This document shows positions 43,161-57,510 of a DNA stretch of 64,000 nt, one piece after another. The notes beneath the pieces were generated by a model that saw only the letters and a list, made by a program, of their open reading frames with translations, was not told the origin of the DNA and did not search any database. Made by a program: the position numbers and the translations under genes. The DNA is from Thermodesulfobacteriota bacterium (GTDB lineage Bacteria; Desulfobacterota_D; UBA1144; Nemesobacterales; Mycalebacteriaceae). The stretch spans positions 672,001-736,000 of the forward strand of contig OZ242184.1 in the NCBI GenBank assembly GCA_965205855.1, read 5' to 3'. Numbering within the stretch: position 1 is the first letter of the stretch; every line of letters begins with the position of its first letter.

Positions 43161-45824
43161 TTATGTGAACATCGGGTCTTTTTTCCTTGGATTTATTCCA
43201 AGGTCTTTAATCGCTATTTTAAGCGTTGTGTCTTTTATTTGCCCTTCTTCTCTGAGCGCCCAAAGCGCGGCGTAGGCAATGTGGTTTGAATTTACTTCAA
43301 AAAATTCCCGCAGGCTTTCTCTTGTGTCGCTTCTGCCAAACCCGTCCGTTCCAAGCTCAACAGTTCGTCCCGGAAGCCAACGTGATATTGAGCAGGGGAG
43401 GGATTTCAGATAGTCCGAAGACGCGATAAAAACTCCGCTTTTGCCTTTCATACATTTTTCAATATGTGATTTTTCCGGTTTTGTGAACGGGCGGATTCTG
43501 TTCAACCTCTCGGTTGTCTGTGCTTCTCTGTAAAGTTCCTTGTAACTTGTAACACTCCACACATCCGCTGAGACTCCGTATTCTTTCTCCAGAATTTCCG
43601 CGGCTTTTATCGTCTCGTTCATTATAGCTCCGCTGCCGAGCAGGTGTGCTTTTGGAGTTTCCTTTTTTGTGAGTTTTGATTTTGAAAAACAATACATTCC
43701 TTTGATTATATTTTCGGGAATATCTTTGCCTTTCGGCATGGGCGGTTGCTCGTACGGCTCATTTGTAACGGTTATGTAATAGAAAATATCCTCTTCGTTA
43801 CAATACATTTTTTTCATTCCCTCGCATATTATCACCGCGAGTTCATACGCAAAAGCGGGGTCGTAAGACGGCATTGTCGGAAAAGCGTATGAAAAATGGT
43901 GGCTGTTTCCGTCCTGATGCTGAAGTCCTTCTCCAGCAAGTGTTGTTCTGCCTGCGGTTCCGCCGATAAGGAAACCCTTGCACCGCATATCGCCCGCCGC
44001 CCAGGCAAGGTCTCCTATCCTTTGCAAACCGAACATGGAGTAGAAGATAAAAAACGGAATCGCGTTTATCCCGTGAGTAGCGCTTGCCGTTCCGGCCGCT
44101 ATGAAGGAAGACATTGCCCCCGCTTCGGTAATTCCCTCTTCAAGTATCTGACCGTCTTTACTTTCCCTGTAATACAAAAGTGTGTCGGAGTCCACGGGGT
44201 CGTATTTTTGCCCCTCGCTTGCGTATATGCCGACTTTGCGAAATAGCGGCTCCATTCCGAATGTTCGCGCCTCATCCGGAACTATCGGCACGATAAGGCG
44301 GCCGATTTCGGGGTCTTTCAGCAGTTCTGAAAGCATTTTCACAAAAGCCATTGTTGTTGCAACGGGGCGGCCGTTAGACCCTTTGTAAAATTCGGAAAAG
44401 GTTTTTTCGGGAATCCGTTCGAGGGGTTTTGACCTGTTTTTTCTCGAAGGCGAACTGCCGCCCAGGGATTTTCTCCTTTCAAGCATATAGAGAATTTCCC
44501 TGCTGTCTTCGGGTGGTTTGTAAAAGGGGACATTGAGAATTTCTTCATTTGATATCGGTATGTGCAAACGGTCTCTGAAATCTTTTAATTCCCGTTCGTT
44601 CAACTTTTTCTGTTGATGAGTTATGTTGCGTCCCTCGCCGCTTTCGCCAAGTCCGTAGCCTTTTACGGTTTTCGCAAGAACCACAGACGGCTTTCCGTTC
44701 CGCTCCAGCGCCGCCTTGTAGGCCGCGTAAACCTTCGCCGGGTCATGCCCTCCGCGCGCGAGCTTTTCCAGCTGTTTGTCGGTGTGATTTTTCGTCATGT
44801 CCAGCAGAATGGGATGTGTTCCAAAGAAGTTTGTCCGTATGTAATTCCCTTTCTCAACAACATATTTCTGATATTCGCCGTCAACCGTCTCTTCCATTCT
44901 TTCCATAAGAAGGCCCGAAGCGTCTTTTTCAAGCAACACGTCCCAGTCCGTTCCCCATATCACCTTTATTGCGTTCCATCCCGCTCCGCGAAAAATCGCC
45001 TCAAGCTCCTGGATAATTTTGCCGTTGCCCCTTACGGGCCCGTCAAGCCGCTGGAGGTTGCAGTTGATTACAAATATAAGGTTGTCAAGTTTTTCCCTTG
45101 CCGCGAGGGTTATTGCTCCGAGAGTTTCCGGCTCATCCGCTTCGCCGTCACCGAGAAAGACCCAGACATTGGAATCGGATTTTTCAATTAATCCTCTGTT
45201 TTCCAGATACCTGTTGAAACGCGCCTGATAGATTCCCATTATCGGAGAAAGTCCCATTGAAACGGTCGGGAATTCCCAGAAATCCGGCATCAGCCACGGA
45301 TGAGGATATGATGAAAGTCCTCTGCCGCCACTGATTTCTCTTCTAAAGTTTTTTAACTGCTCAAGGGATACGGTTCCTTCAAGGAAAGCTCTCGCGTATA
45401 TTCCCGGAGATGAGTGCCCCTGAAAAAAAACCATATCAGCGTTTTTGCCCACTTTTATACAATGATTGAACGCGACCTCAAGCAGTGTGGCCGCGGATGC
45501 GTAGGTGGATATGTGACCTCCTATTCCGTCATTGAGGCGGTTTGCTCTTACGACCATGGCCATTGCATTCCAGCGGATAATGTTTTTGAGCCGTCGCTCA
45601 ACTTCGCGGTCTCCGGGAAATTCCGGCTGCATGTCCGTCGAAATTGTGTTTATGTAAGGAGTGTTTGCGGCATAGGGAATGCTGACACCGTTTTTAGCCG
45701 CATGTTTTTGAATATGTCCTAGAAGCTGCGAAGCCCTTTCTTCTCCGCCGCCAGAGATGATCTCGTCAAAAGAGTCCGTCCACTCGCGGTCTTCAATATG
45801 CTCTTCTGTCTTTCTGTCGGGCAT
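43161..45824 (-). CDS. aceE: Pyruvate dehydrogenase E1, homodimeric type
   Basis: IRWNAMAMV, GGHIS, GDGE..EPE, NLQRLDGPV, GEGLQH; start ATG 45824. Confidence 0.96.
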   Translation of the reverse strand: MPDRKTEEHIEDREWTDSFDEIISGGGEERASQLLGHIQKHAAKNGVSIPYAANTPYINTISTDMQPEFPGDREVERRLKNIIRWNAMAMVVRANRLNDGIGGHISTYASAATLLEVAFNHCIKVGKNADMVFFQGHSSPGIYARAFLEGTVSLEQLKNFRREISGGRGLSSYPHPWLMPDFWEFPTVSMGLSPIMGIYQARFNRYLENRGLIEKSDSNVWVFLGDGEADEPETLGAITLAAREKLDNLIFVINCNLQRLDGPVRGNGKIIQELEAIFRGAGWNAIKVIWGTDWDVLLEKDASGLLMERMEETVDGEYQKYVVEKGNYIRTNFFGTHPILLDMTKNHTDKQLEKLARGGHDPAKVYAAYKAALERNGKPSVVLAKTVKGYGLGESGEGRNITHQQKKLNERELKDFRDRLHIPISNEEILNVPFYKPPEDSREILYMLERRKSLGGSSPSRKNRSKPLERIPEKTFSEFYKGSNGRPVATTMAFVKMLSELLKDPEIGRLIVPIVPDEARTFGMEPLFRKVGIYASEGQKYDPVDSDTLLYYRESKDGQILEEGITEAGAMSSFIAAGTASATHGINAIPFFIFYSMFGLQRIGDLAWAAGDMRCKGFLIGGTAGRTTLAGEGLQHQDGNSHHFSYAFPTMPSYDPAFAYELAVIICEGMKKMYCNEEDIFYYITVTNEPYEQPPMPKGKDIPENIIKGMYCFSKSKLTKKETPKAHLLGSGAIMNETIKAAEILEKEYGVSADVWSVTSYKELYREAQTTERLNRIRPFTKPEKSHIEKCMKGKSGVFIASSDYLKSLPCSISRWLPGRTVELGTDGFGRSDTRESLREFFEVNSNHIAYAALWALREEGQIKDTTLKIAIKDLGINPRKKDPMFT

Positions 45825-45963
45825 TGAAAACAGTATATATGAAGTTGAACAAGACAAAACGAAAGGAGCGCGGACAAACAAACGCCATGAGGTTTTCAAA
45901 AGGTTCCTATTCTTGTGTTTAACTTCACACTTCTTTTTTCTTAATGTAGAATATGTCTCCAAT

Positions 45964-47397
45964 ATGAGTTCCAAATACGATCTTGTTATAATCGGTTCCG
46001 GTCCAGGTGGTTATATTTCGGCAATCAGAGCCGCACAGCTGGGCATGAAAACGGCCGTTGTTGAACGTGACAACCCCGGAGGCGTGTGCCTGAACTGGGG
46101 GTGCATTCCCTCAAAAGCCATTATCAAATGTGCCGAGGTTTACAACTATTTCCGCGATGCGGAAAACTACGGCATATCGCACAAAGGGCTTTCATTTGAC
46201 TACTCAAAGGTGATAGACAAAAGCAGGGGAGCGTCCTCCTCTCTTAACAAGGGAGTGGAGTTCCTTTTGAAAAAAAACAAGGTGGACCTTATAAAAGGTG
46301 CGGCAAAATTGCTTCGTCCGGATTCGGTGGGAATTGTCGGAGATGAGGATTCCGAGATTCAAGCGCAAAAAATCATGCTCGCTACCGGTTCGGTTCCGCG
46401 CACAATTCCCGGTCTTGATATAGACGGCAAAATCGTTATGACAAGCGATGAAGCCATCATGAACCGCCGGATTCCCAAAACCATTGCAATTATCGGCGGC
46501 GGATACATAGGCGTTGAGTTTGCTTATGTTTATAACGCTTTCGGTAGCAAGGTTACAATTGTTGAAATGGCTCCGAACATTATTCCCGGAGCGGATGAAG
46601 ATATTTCAAAGGAGCTTGAAAAGAGTTTCAAAAAAAGCGGAATTGAGGTTTTGACCTCAACCGCGTACAAGTCAATCAAAAAAACAAAAAAGGAAGCGAA
46701 AGTAACGGTTGCGGACGCGGGTTCGGGCAAGGAGAAAACCCTGAACGCCGAAATGGTTCTGGTTGCGATTGGAAGAAAAGCCGTTGCCAACTCCGCTCCC
46801 ACCTCTTTCAGTTTCTACGGTTCGGGAGACAGTCTGGGACTTGCTGAGCTTGGAATAGATATCAATGAGCAGGGTTTTATTAAGACCGATGAATCTTACT
46901 CAACAACCTGTTCGGGCGTTTACGCGATTGGAGATGTTATCGGGCCGCCGTTGCTGGCTCACAAGGCGTCCGATGAGGGCGTTGTCGCCGTTGAACGAAT
47001 GAACGGACTGGACACGCGGGTTCATTACAACAACATTCCGGGTTGTGTCTATTGCCAGCCAGAAATCGCCTCGGTCGGTCTTACGGAAAAACAGGCGAAT
47101 GACGACGGATACAATATCTCTGTCGGCTCTTTTCCTTTCAAAGCGGTCGGCAAGGCGGTTGCAGTCGGCGAAACGGAGGGTTTTGTCAAAATTATTTCCA
47201 ACAAGGATAACGGCGAGATTCTGGGCGCCCATATCATAGGTCATGGCGCGACTGAGCTTATAGCGGAAATAGGAACTGCCAAGACGCTTGAATCAACTCC
47301 TTACGAAATAGCCACGACCTCTCACGCCCACCCCACTCTTTCGGAAGCGGTTATGGAAGCGGCACTTTCCGTAATGGGAAGGCAGAGAAATTTCTAA
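45964..47397 (+). CDS. lpdA: Dihydrolipoyl dehydrogenase
   Basis: GSGPGG, GGVCLNWGCIPSK, HAHPTLSE. Confidence 0.96.
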   Translation: MSSKYDLVIIGSGPGGYISAIRAAQLGMKTAVVERDNPGGVCLNWGCIPSKAIIKCAEVYNYFRDAENYGISHKGLSFDYSKVIDKSRGASSSLNKGVEFLLKKNKVDLIKGAAKLLRPDSVGIVGDEDSEIQAQKIMLATGSVPRTIPGLDIDGKIVMTSDEAIMNRRIPKTIAIIGGGYIGVEFAYVYNAFGSKVTIVEMAPNIIPGADEDISKELEKSFKKSGIEVLTSTAYKSIKKTKKEAKVTVADAGSGKEKTLNAEMVLVAIGRKAVANSAPTSFSFYGSGDSLGLAELGIDINEQGFIKTDESYSTTCSGVYAIGDVIGPPLLAHKASDEGVVAVERMNGLDTRVHYNNIPGCVYCQPEIASVGLTEKQANDDGYNISVGSFPFKAVGKAVAVGETEGFVKIISNKDNGEILGAHIIGHGATELIAEIGTAKTLESTPYEIATTSHAHPTLSEAVMEAALSVMGRQRNF

Positions 47398-47407
47398 CCG
47401 CTTTCAA

Positions 47408-48082
47408 ATGGCAAAAAAATTCGTTCTCCAAAATCCCGGTGTTCTTCCCTACTCTCGCGCACTTGAAATTCAGTCTGAAATTCTCAACAGGCGAATAGAG
47501 GGCACGGCCGAAGACACTCTTATTCTTCTTGAACACCCGCCGACCATAACGACCGGCAGAAGGGGAAATCTTTCAAATCTGACCGCGAACGCGGAGGTTT
47601 TAAAAAAGCGCGGAGTTCACATTGAAACCTCCACCACAAGGGGTGGAGACATAACTTTCCACGGACTCGGGCAGATTGTCGGTTATCCGATTATAGGTAT
47701 AAGAGACCACAAAGGCGGAGTCCCCGGATATGTGCGCGATTTGGAGGAAGTGATAATCCGCTCGCTTTCTGATTTCTGTATTTCCGCACACCGCATAGAA
47801 AAACTGACCGGAGTCTGGGTAAAACGCGACAAAATAGCATCCATAGGAGTGGGGGTAAGAAGATGGACAACATGGCACGGCTTTGCGCTTAATGTAAACA
47901 CTGACCTTTCATGGTTTGACACGATGGTTCCTTGTGGAATTCCGCAGGCGCGCATGACTTCAATAAAAGAGTGGACTCACAGCGCAAGCGATGTGGATAC
48001 CGATGCGGTTTGTGATTCTCTTGTAAAACATTTCACCGATGTTTTCGGTTACGACCGACACACAACCGCGGCGTCCGAATAA
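47408..48082 (+). CDS. lipB: Octanoyltransferase
   Basis: LEHPP..T.GR, RGGDITFHG.GQ, KIASIG, PCGI. Confidence 0.94.
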   Translation: MAKKFVLQNPGVLPYSRALEIQSEILNRRIEGTAEDTLILLEHPPTITTGRRGNLSNLTANAEVLKKRGVHIETSTTRGGDITFHGLGQIVGYPIIGIRDHKGGVPGYVRDLEEVIIRSLSDFCISAHRIEKLTGVWVKRDKIASIGVGVRRWTTWHGFALNVNTDLSWFDTMVPCGIPQARMTSIKEWTHSASDVDTDAVCDSLVKHFTDVFGYDRHTTAASE

Positions 48083-48087
48083 AGAAT

Positions 48088-48525
48088 TTACATATCGGTG
48101 TTTCTCGTCCAATACACAATGACGGCACCGGCCACTATAAAGGAGATTCCCGCAAGGCGCATGGGGGTTATTTTTTCCTCCAGAAGAATCCACGCGTAGA
48201 TGGTTGAGAAAAGCGGAGCGGTCGCCGCAATCGGTATGACATAAGATGCCTCGCCGTGCTTGAGGGCTGAGAAGAAAAGAAAAAGCCCGATGATACCTCC
48301 GAGAAGTCCGGCGGCGAGAATCAGCGCTAGGGTCTTGCCGCTTATTTCAAAAATCTCCTGGACCCTTCCGGTGGCGATTGCGAATGTTGTCGCGCAGGCG
48401 GAGATAAAAAGAAATCTTATCGTCATCACAACAACGGGCGAAGCATCGCGCAAGCTCATCTTTTCAAAAATCGGGCTGAGCCCCCATATCGCGGCTGTAG
48501 CGAGAGCGAGAATTGTCGCTCTCAT
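48088..48525 (-). CDS. EamA family transporter (single repeat)
   Basis: Five hydrophobic segments. Confidence 0.8.
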   Translation of the reverse strand: MRATILALATAAIWGLSPIFEKMSLRDASPVVVMTIRFLFISACATTFAIATGRVQEIFEISGKTLALILAAGLLGGIIGLFLFFSALKHGEASYVIPIAATAPLFSTIYAWILLEEKITPMRLAGISFIVAGAVIVYWTRNTDM

Positions 48526-49343
48526 TGGCTCGTTTCCCTTTGCGTGTCCGCAAGCGGAGGGATTATTTCCTCAAGAGTTCTTATTGACGCGACATTATCA
48601 GTATTGCCGTTTTCTCTGTCAAGAAGAACAGAGTTGATTCCGGCGTTTTTCGCGCCGATGTAGTCTTTTTCCATATCGTCTCCTATGTGCAGGCACTCGC
48701 CGGGATTCACTCCCTGTTTTTTCAGCGCGATTTGAAAGATTTCTGGCGACGGTTTGGAAAATCCCGCTTCGCTTGAAATGGTAAAAGACGAGAAAAATTT
48801 CCCCAATTCAAGATATTCCAGCACGTCGTAGACACGGGAATCAAAATTTGAAATTAGAATAATTTCGTATCCCATACGTTTGAGTTTTCCAAGAACGGAC
48901 GCGGAGTCCGGAAAGGCCTTCCAGGCTTTTTTTCTGAAATGTTCAAAAAGATCCTCAAAATAGCGGTCAAAATCCGTCAACATACCGGTTTCATTGAATA
49001 CATTGCTTACCACACAATGCCACCATTGTTTTTCACGTCGCTTCCTTTCCGCCTCCGTCATATCGCCGAAGGCAAGAGGAGGAGCCGACGCAAAGACGCG
49101 CGAAAAAACGCGCTTTATTTTGTCTGGCTTTGTATTGAATCCGTATTTCGCCGCCTTCTCGGCATATGTAGCTCCCAGGCCGTTTTTAATAAAAAAAAGT
49201 GTGTCTGCTGCGTCAAAGGAAATAAATTTTATATTCTCAAACTCAATTTTCTGCAATTGATGTGAAGTATTATGCCCGGTTTTTCGGGCAAACTCGGAAA
49301 CGGCGGACAATTCCCGGCATTTGTCGGAGACTGAGTTTTTCAT
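48522..49343 (-). CDS. HAD-IA family hydrolase
   Basis: FDAADTL, SNFD, KPSPEIF, HIGD..KD; start uncertain. Confidence 0.87.
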   Translation of the reverse strand: MKNSVSDKCRELSAVSEFARKTGHNTSHQLQKIEFENIKFISFDAADTLFFIKNGLGATYAEKAAKYGFNTKPDKIKRVFSRVFASAPPLAFGDMTEAERKRREKQWWHCVVSNVFNETGMLTDFDRYFEDLFEHFRKKAWKAFPDSASVLGKLKRMGYEIILISNFDSRVYDVLEYLELGKFFSSFTISSEAGFSKPSPEIFQIALKKQGVNPGECLHIGDDMEKDYIGAKNAGINSVLLDRENGNTDNVASIRTLEEIIPPLADTQRETSQ

Positions 49344-50146
49344 CCCATTTTTTTCTCGGTTGCTTTTAAGACTTGTCTTGCTGTTTCCGAAAGTTCGGAA
49401 TCCGGATCTCTTTCTATCACGGCTTCAAAATCCGCTTTTGCCTTCGCGAATTCGCCGAGTTTTTGAAACTCGGTCGCGCGCGCGAAAAGCGCTTTTATAA
49501 AATCCGGATTTATTTCGAATGCTTTGCCAAAATCATCCACCGCCTTTACGTTGTTGCCGAGACTGTCATACACATGCCCTCTGCTGTAAAGACTTTCAAA
49601 GTCATTCGGGTTTATCTCAATGGCTTTGTCATAGTCCTTTAGCGCGTTTTTATAATCTCTCAAAAGATTGTGGTATGTGGTGGCGCGATTGTAAAACGCT
49701 TCACCGTTTTTTGGGTCCATCTCAATGGCTTTGTCATAGTCGGCAATCGCGAGTTTGTATTTGCCAAGCCGTCCGTAAGCTGTTCCCCTGCCTATATACG
49801 CGCCGGAAAAACCGGGCATGAGTTCCATGACTTTGTTGAAGTCCTCTATTGCCGGGCTGTGGTCTCCGATGTCCACAAGCAGGAAGCCGCGGTTATACAA
49901 TGCCTTAGCGTAGTCAGGTTTAAGGTCAACGGCTTTTGAGTAACTGTCGGTAGCATCGCGCAGTTTGCCTTTCATTGACAGAGCTACTCCGAGATTGTAA
50001 TACGCATCGGGATGGTTCTGTTTGAGTTCAATCGCCCTGCTGTAATTCTCAACGGCTCCGTCCCAGTTCGCCGACACCGCGCATGAGTTTCCTTTTTTAA
50101 ACAAACTGTCAAAATCTTCCGGCATTCTTGTCTCCTTGTGTGGCAT
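49340..50146 (-). CDS. Tetratricopeptide repeat protein
   Basis: About seven 34-aa TPR units (AYYNLG, ALYNRG, A..DY.KAIE..P). Confidence 0.9.
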   Translation of the reverse strand: MPHKETRMPEDFDSLFKKGNSCAVSANWDGAVENYSRAIELKQNHPDAYYNLGVALSMKGKLRDATDSYSKAVDLKPDYAKALYNRGFLLVDIGDHSPAIEDFNKVMELMPGFSGAYIGRGTAYGRLGKYKLAIADYDKAIEMDPKNGEAFYNRATTYHNLLRDYKNALKDYDKAIEINPNDFESLYSRGHVYDSLGNNVKAVDDFGKAFEINPDFIKALFARATEFQKLGEFAKAKADFEAVIERDPDSELSETARQVLKATEKKMG

Positions 50147-50150
50147 TGTT

Positions 50151-53897
<3,747 letters not shown>

Positions 53898-53921
53898 ATT
53901 ATTTTTCCATACAACCGTGAC

Positions 53922-54701
53922 TTACCAGTTGTTCCTAAGCTCTCTTAATCCCGCAAAAATATCTGCATTACCGCTTAATTCGGGAAAAACTCTACGTACG
54001 TATTTTGCGGTTTCGGGATTGTCATATCTCATAAACGGGTTGTAAAGCTTCTCTTCCCCGACGGTGGAAACTGGATTTGCGGAGTTTTTCACTTCGTTCA
54101 GCTTGTTTCCGGCGTCTATGTTATCAGGTTCAATACTGAGGGCGAACTCAAGGTTTGTCTCCGCGTAATTGTGTCCGCAGAAAATCCGCGTTTTTTCGTC
54201 CAGGTTCCTCAACCGTTCAACGGATTTGAAAAGGTCGCCCACATTTCCCCCGAAGTGCGTGTTCCCGCATCCAGCAAGAAACAGAGTGTCCGCGACAAAA
54301 GCGTTGCCGTCTATAAGAAGGGAAATGTGGTCGGGGCAGTGTCCGGGAGTGTAAATAACGGAAAGCACCAGATTTCCGCAAGGGATTGAATCTCCCTCAT
54401 CCACGGTCCTGCGCGCCCCGGTTTTCTCCGCGCCCAGAGGATGGGAAATAATTTCCGCTCCGGTCTCTTTTGCCGTCTGTCTGTTTCCGAGTATGTGGTC
54501 CGGATGGGAATGCGTGTTGACTATGCTGTCCACAGACATCTTCTCTTCGGTGACATAGTTGAGAACCTCCGAAGACCCCGGCGGGTCTATGATGATGCAA
54601 CGGCCTGTTTCAGAGCATGAGACGACATAGCTGTAGTTCGCGTTGCTTTTCGGGACGTCAAACCTCACAATAAAAAACTTCCTGCAGTTGAAAATTTCCA
54701 T
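53922..54701 (-). CDS. gloB: Hydroxyacylglutathione hydrolase-like metallo-beta-lactamase fold protein
   Basis: THSHPDH, TPGH, DTLF.AGCG, EK.YNPFMR. Confidence 0.85.
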   Translation of the reverse strand: MEIFNCRKFFIVRFDVPKSNANYSYVVSCSETGRCIIIDPPGSSEVLNYVTEEKMSVDSIVNTHSHPDHILGNRQTAKETGAEIISHPLGAEKTGARRTVDEGDSIPCGNLVLSVIYTPGHCPDHISLLIDGNAFVADTLFLAGCGNTHFGGNVGDLFKSVERLRNLDEKTRIFCGHNYAETNLEFALSIEPDNIDAGNKLNEVKNSANPVSTVGEEKLYNPFMRYDNPETAKYVRRVFPELSGNADIFAGLRELRNNW

Positions 54702-54882
54702 AAGCCGGAAATAGAATCTACACTATGCCGAAATTCAATCAAAAGCCTTTGTCTCCGTGCCGCCCAATCACTTTGACAATCTGGCCGGATACTGTTGTAT
54801 AATAAAAGTCAACTTTACTTGCCTGAAAACAGAATATGTTGACGGGTTGATAAGGGTTTTACAGGCAAACAGGTTACGGATT

Positions 54883-56115
54883 ATGTCTTTTGTGGAAAAA
54901 CTTTCTTGCAAAGAATGTGGGTGTTCTTATCCGAAAAAAGCTCTTCATGTTTGCTCAGAATGCTTCGGGCCACTTGAAGTTTCCTACGACTATGCGGCTA
55001 TAAAAAAAGCGGTTTCCCGTGGAAAAATAGAGTCACGTCCAGCCAATATATGGAGATACAGGGAACTTCTTCCCGTGGACGAGGAGCCTCAGGCCGGCAG
55101 AGATGTGGGTTTCACTCCCCTTCTCAGGGCGGACAAACTCGGACGCTCTCTCGGTCACAGTGAGGTTTATGTTAAAAACGACGCCGTTTCCTTTCCGACC
55201 CTTTCTTTCAAGGACAGGGTTGTTTCCGTTGCTCTTTCCAAAGCGCTTGAGTTCAAATACAAAACGGTTTCCTGTGCTTCCACCGGTAATCTTGCAAACG
55301 CGGTAGCTTCAATAGCGGCCGAGAGAGGTCTTGAAGCCGTCATTTTTATTCCTTACGATCTTGAGAAATCAAAGATAATCAACACCGTCGTCTACGGGGC
55401 AAAGCTTGTGGGCGTAAAAGGCACGTATGATGATGTGAACAGGCTCTGCAGTGAGATAGCGGACAGGCGCGATTGGGCTTTTGTTAACGTAAACATGAGA
55501 CCTTACTACTCCGAGGGGTCAAAAAGTCTCGGATATGAAATAGCCGAACAGTTAGGATGGAAAACCCCGCGTCATATTGTTGTTCCGATGGCGAGCGGTT
55601 CGTTGCTTACAAAAATTCACAAGGCGTTTGGCGAACTGAGGAATGTCGGATTGATTGACGGAGATATGGAACCGGTTGTTATGCACGGGGCTCAGGCGGT
55701 GGGTTGCTCACCGATATCAACAGCCGTTAAGGACGGAAGGGATTTTTTCAAACCTGTTATACCGGACACAATAGCGAAATCGCTCTCAATAGGAAATCCC
55801 GCTGACGGTTACTATGCCATACAGGTTATCAGAGAAAGCGGGGGATGGAGCGAAGATGCGTCTGATGATGAAATAGTGAGCGGCATATCTCTCCTCGCCG
55901 AGACCGAGGGCATATACACCGAAACTGCGGGTGGTGTTACCGTCGCGGTTGCAAAAAAGTTGATTGAGCAAGGCCGCATTCCGAGCGGAGAGCCGGTTGT
56001 TTTATGCATTACGGGAAACGGGTTGAAAACACAGGACGCAATTGAAAACAGCCTTTCAACCCCTTATCTTATAGAACCGAACATTGAAGACTTTGAAGAG
56101 ATGTTCGCAAAATAA
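54883..56115 (+). CDS. thrC: Threonine synthase-family PLP enzyme with N-terminal CxxC-CxxC
   Basis: SFKDR, ASTGNLA, TGNGLKT; upstream of a MoaD-like gene, so substrate is uncertain. Confidence 0.8.
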   Translation: MSFVEKLSCKECGCSYPKKALHVCSECFGPLEVSYDYAAIKKAVSRGKIESRPANIWRYRELLPVDEEPQAGRDVGFTPLLRADKLGRSLGHSEVYVKNDAVSFPTLSFKDRVVSVALSKALEFKYKTVSCASTGNLANAVASIAAERGLEAVIFIPYDLEKSKIINTVVYGAKLVGVKGTYDDVNRLCSEIADRRDWAFVNVNMRPYYSEGSKSLGYEIAEQLGWKTPRHIVVPMASGSLLTKIHKAFGELRNVGLIDGDMEPVVMHGAQAVGCSPISTAVKDGRDFFKPVIPDTIAKSLSIGNPADGYYAIQVIRESGGWSEDASDDEIVSGISLLAETEGIYTETAGGVTVAVAKKLIEQGRIPSGEPVVLCITGNGLKTQDAIENSLSTPYLIEPNIEDFEEMFAK

Positions 56116-56136
56116 ACAGCGAATAAGGAGCAGACA

Positions 56137-56454
56137 ATGCCGCTTGTAAGAATACCGACACCGCTTAGAAATCTTTCGGGAGGCAGAGATGAAATAAACA
56201 TTGCCGCATCGGATATCGGAGATCTGATTGAAAAACTTGAAGCCGAATGTCCCGGGATGAAAGACCGCTTGTGCGATGAAAGCGGCGAAATAAGAAGATT
56301 CATCAACATCTATGTCAACAACGAGGACATCAGGTTTCTTGATGGAAAAAATACGGGACTTTCCGATGGCGACAACATTTCAATAATTCCCGCCATCGCG
56401 GGCGGCCGAGGGTCGTTCAATCTTCAAACTGAACGGGATTACGAAGGTTGCTGA
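56137..56454 (+). CDS. MoaD/ThiS/CysO family sulfur carrier with residues beyond the GG motif
   Basis: VRIPTPLR...FINIYVN.EDIRFL...IIPAIAGG plus 15 extra aa. Confidence 0.88.
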   Translation: MPLVRIPTPLRNLSGGRDEINIAASDIGDLIEKLEAECPGMKDRLCDESGEIRRFINIYVNNEDIRFLDGKNTGLSDGDNISIIPAIAGGRGSFNLQTERDYEGC

Positions 56455-56457
56455 TTT

Positions 56458-57507
56458 CTAAAACTCTTTCGCCAGTTCTTCCACGAGTTTCTTCTGTTGT
56501 GACGAAAGTTTTTTCGGTATTTCCACTTTGACCGTTACAAACAAATCTCCGGTGCCGCCGTTCATTCTTTTTATTCCCTTTTCCTTGAGTCTTAAAACCG
56601 TTCCCGGCTGAGTACCGTTTGGAATTTTAAATCTGATATTTTCCCCTTTCAGGGACGGAATTGATATTTCATCGCCTTTGATTGCCTGTATGAAACTTAT
56701 GTTTGTGTTGCAAAGCAGGTCCGCTCCTTCTCTTTGGAAAAGTTTGTGTCTTGAAACAATACACCTGATGTAGAGATCTCCGTTGGTTCCTCTTCCGTCC
56801 TGCGGAGCCTGCCCTTCGCCTCTGATTCTAAGCCGGGTTCCGTTGTCAACCCCCTGAGGTATTGACACCGTTACGTTGTTTCTTTCCCTCACAACTCCAG
56901 CGCCGCGGCATTGTTTGCACGGGTCTGTTATTAACTCTCCCTTGCCCTGGCAGCCCCTGCACGTCTGTTGAATTGAGAAAAACCCCTGAGAGTATCCCTG
57001 TTTGCCACTTCCCCCGCACTGGTCACACCTGACGGATTTATCGCCGCCCTTACCCCCGCACTCTTTGCACACGACGGTCCGAGGAAGTTGCACCTCTTTT
57101 TTGCACCCAAAAGCCGCTTCTTCAAAAGTGATACTGAGGTCAAGTATGATGTCTTGCCCTCTTGCTCCTTCTCTTCTTCCGCCTCCGGTGAAAACATCAT
57201 CAAAAAGGTCGCCGAAAATTCCGCCCAAATGCCCAAACCCTTCTCCCGCGTGGAAACCTTCCTCGGAATCAAAAGAAAATCCCGTTCCTCCGGTATGTCC
57301 GAATCTGTCATACTGAGCTTTTTTGTTCTTGTCCGACAGAACTTGATACGCTTCGTTTATTTCTTTGAACTTTCCCTCGGCTTCTTTCTTGTCTTTGTTT
57401 CTGTCGGGGTGGTATTTAAGAGCGAGTTTTCTGTAAGCTTTTCTTATCTCGTCTTCACTGGCGCTACGCGGAACGCCAATTATCTCGTAGTAGTCTTTTT
57501 GTGACAT
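56458..57507 (-). CDS. dnaJ: Chaperone DnaJ
   Basis: HPD J-domain, four CxxCxGxG motifs. Confidence 0.96.
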   Translation of the reverse strand: MSQKDYYEIIGVPRSASEDEIRKAYRKLALKYHPDRNKDKKEAEGKFKEINEAYQVLSDKNKKAQYDRFGHTGGTGFSFDSEEGFHAGEGFGHLGGIFGDLFDDVFTGGGRREGARGQDIILDLSITFEEAAFGCKKEVQLPRTVVCKECGGKGGDKSVRCDQCGGSGKQGYSQGFFSIQQTCRGCQGKGELITDPCKQCRGAGVVRERNNVTVSIPQGVDNGTRLRIRGEGQAPQDGRGTNGDLYIRCIVSRHKLFQREGADLLCNTNISFIQAIKGDEISIPSLKGENIRFKIPNGTQPGTVLRLKEKGIKRMNGGTGDLFVTVKVEIPKKLSSQQKKLVEELAKEF

Positions 57508-57510
57508 TTT

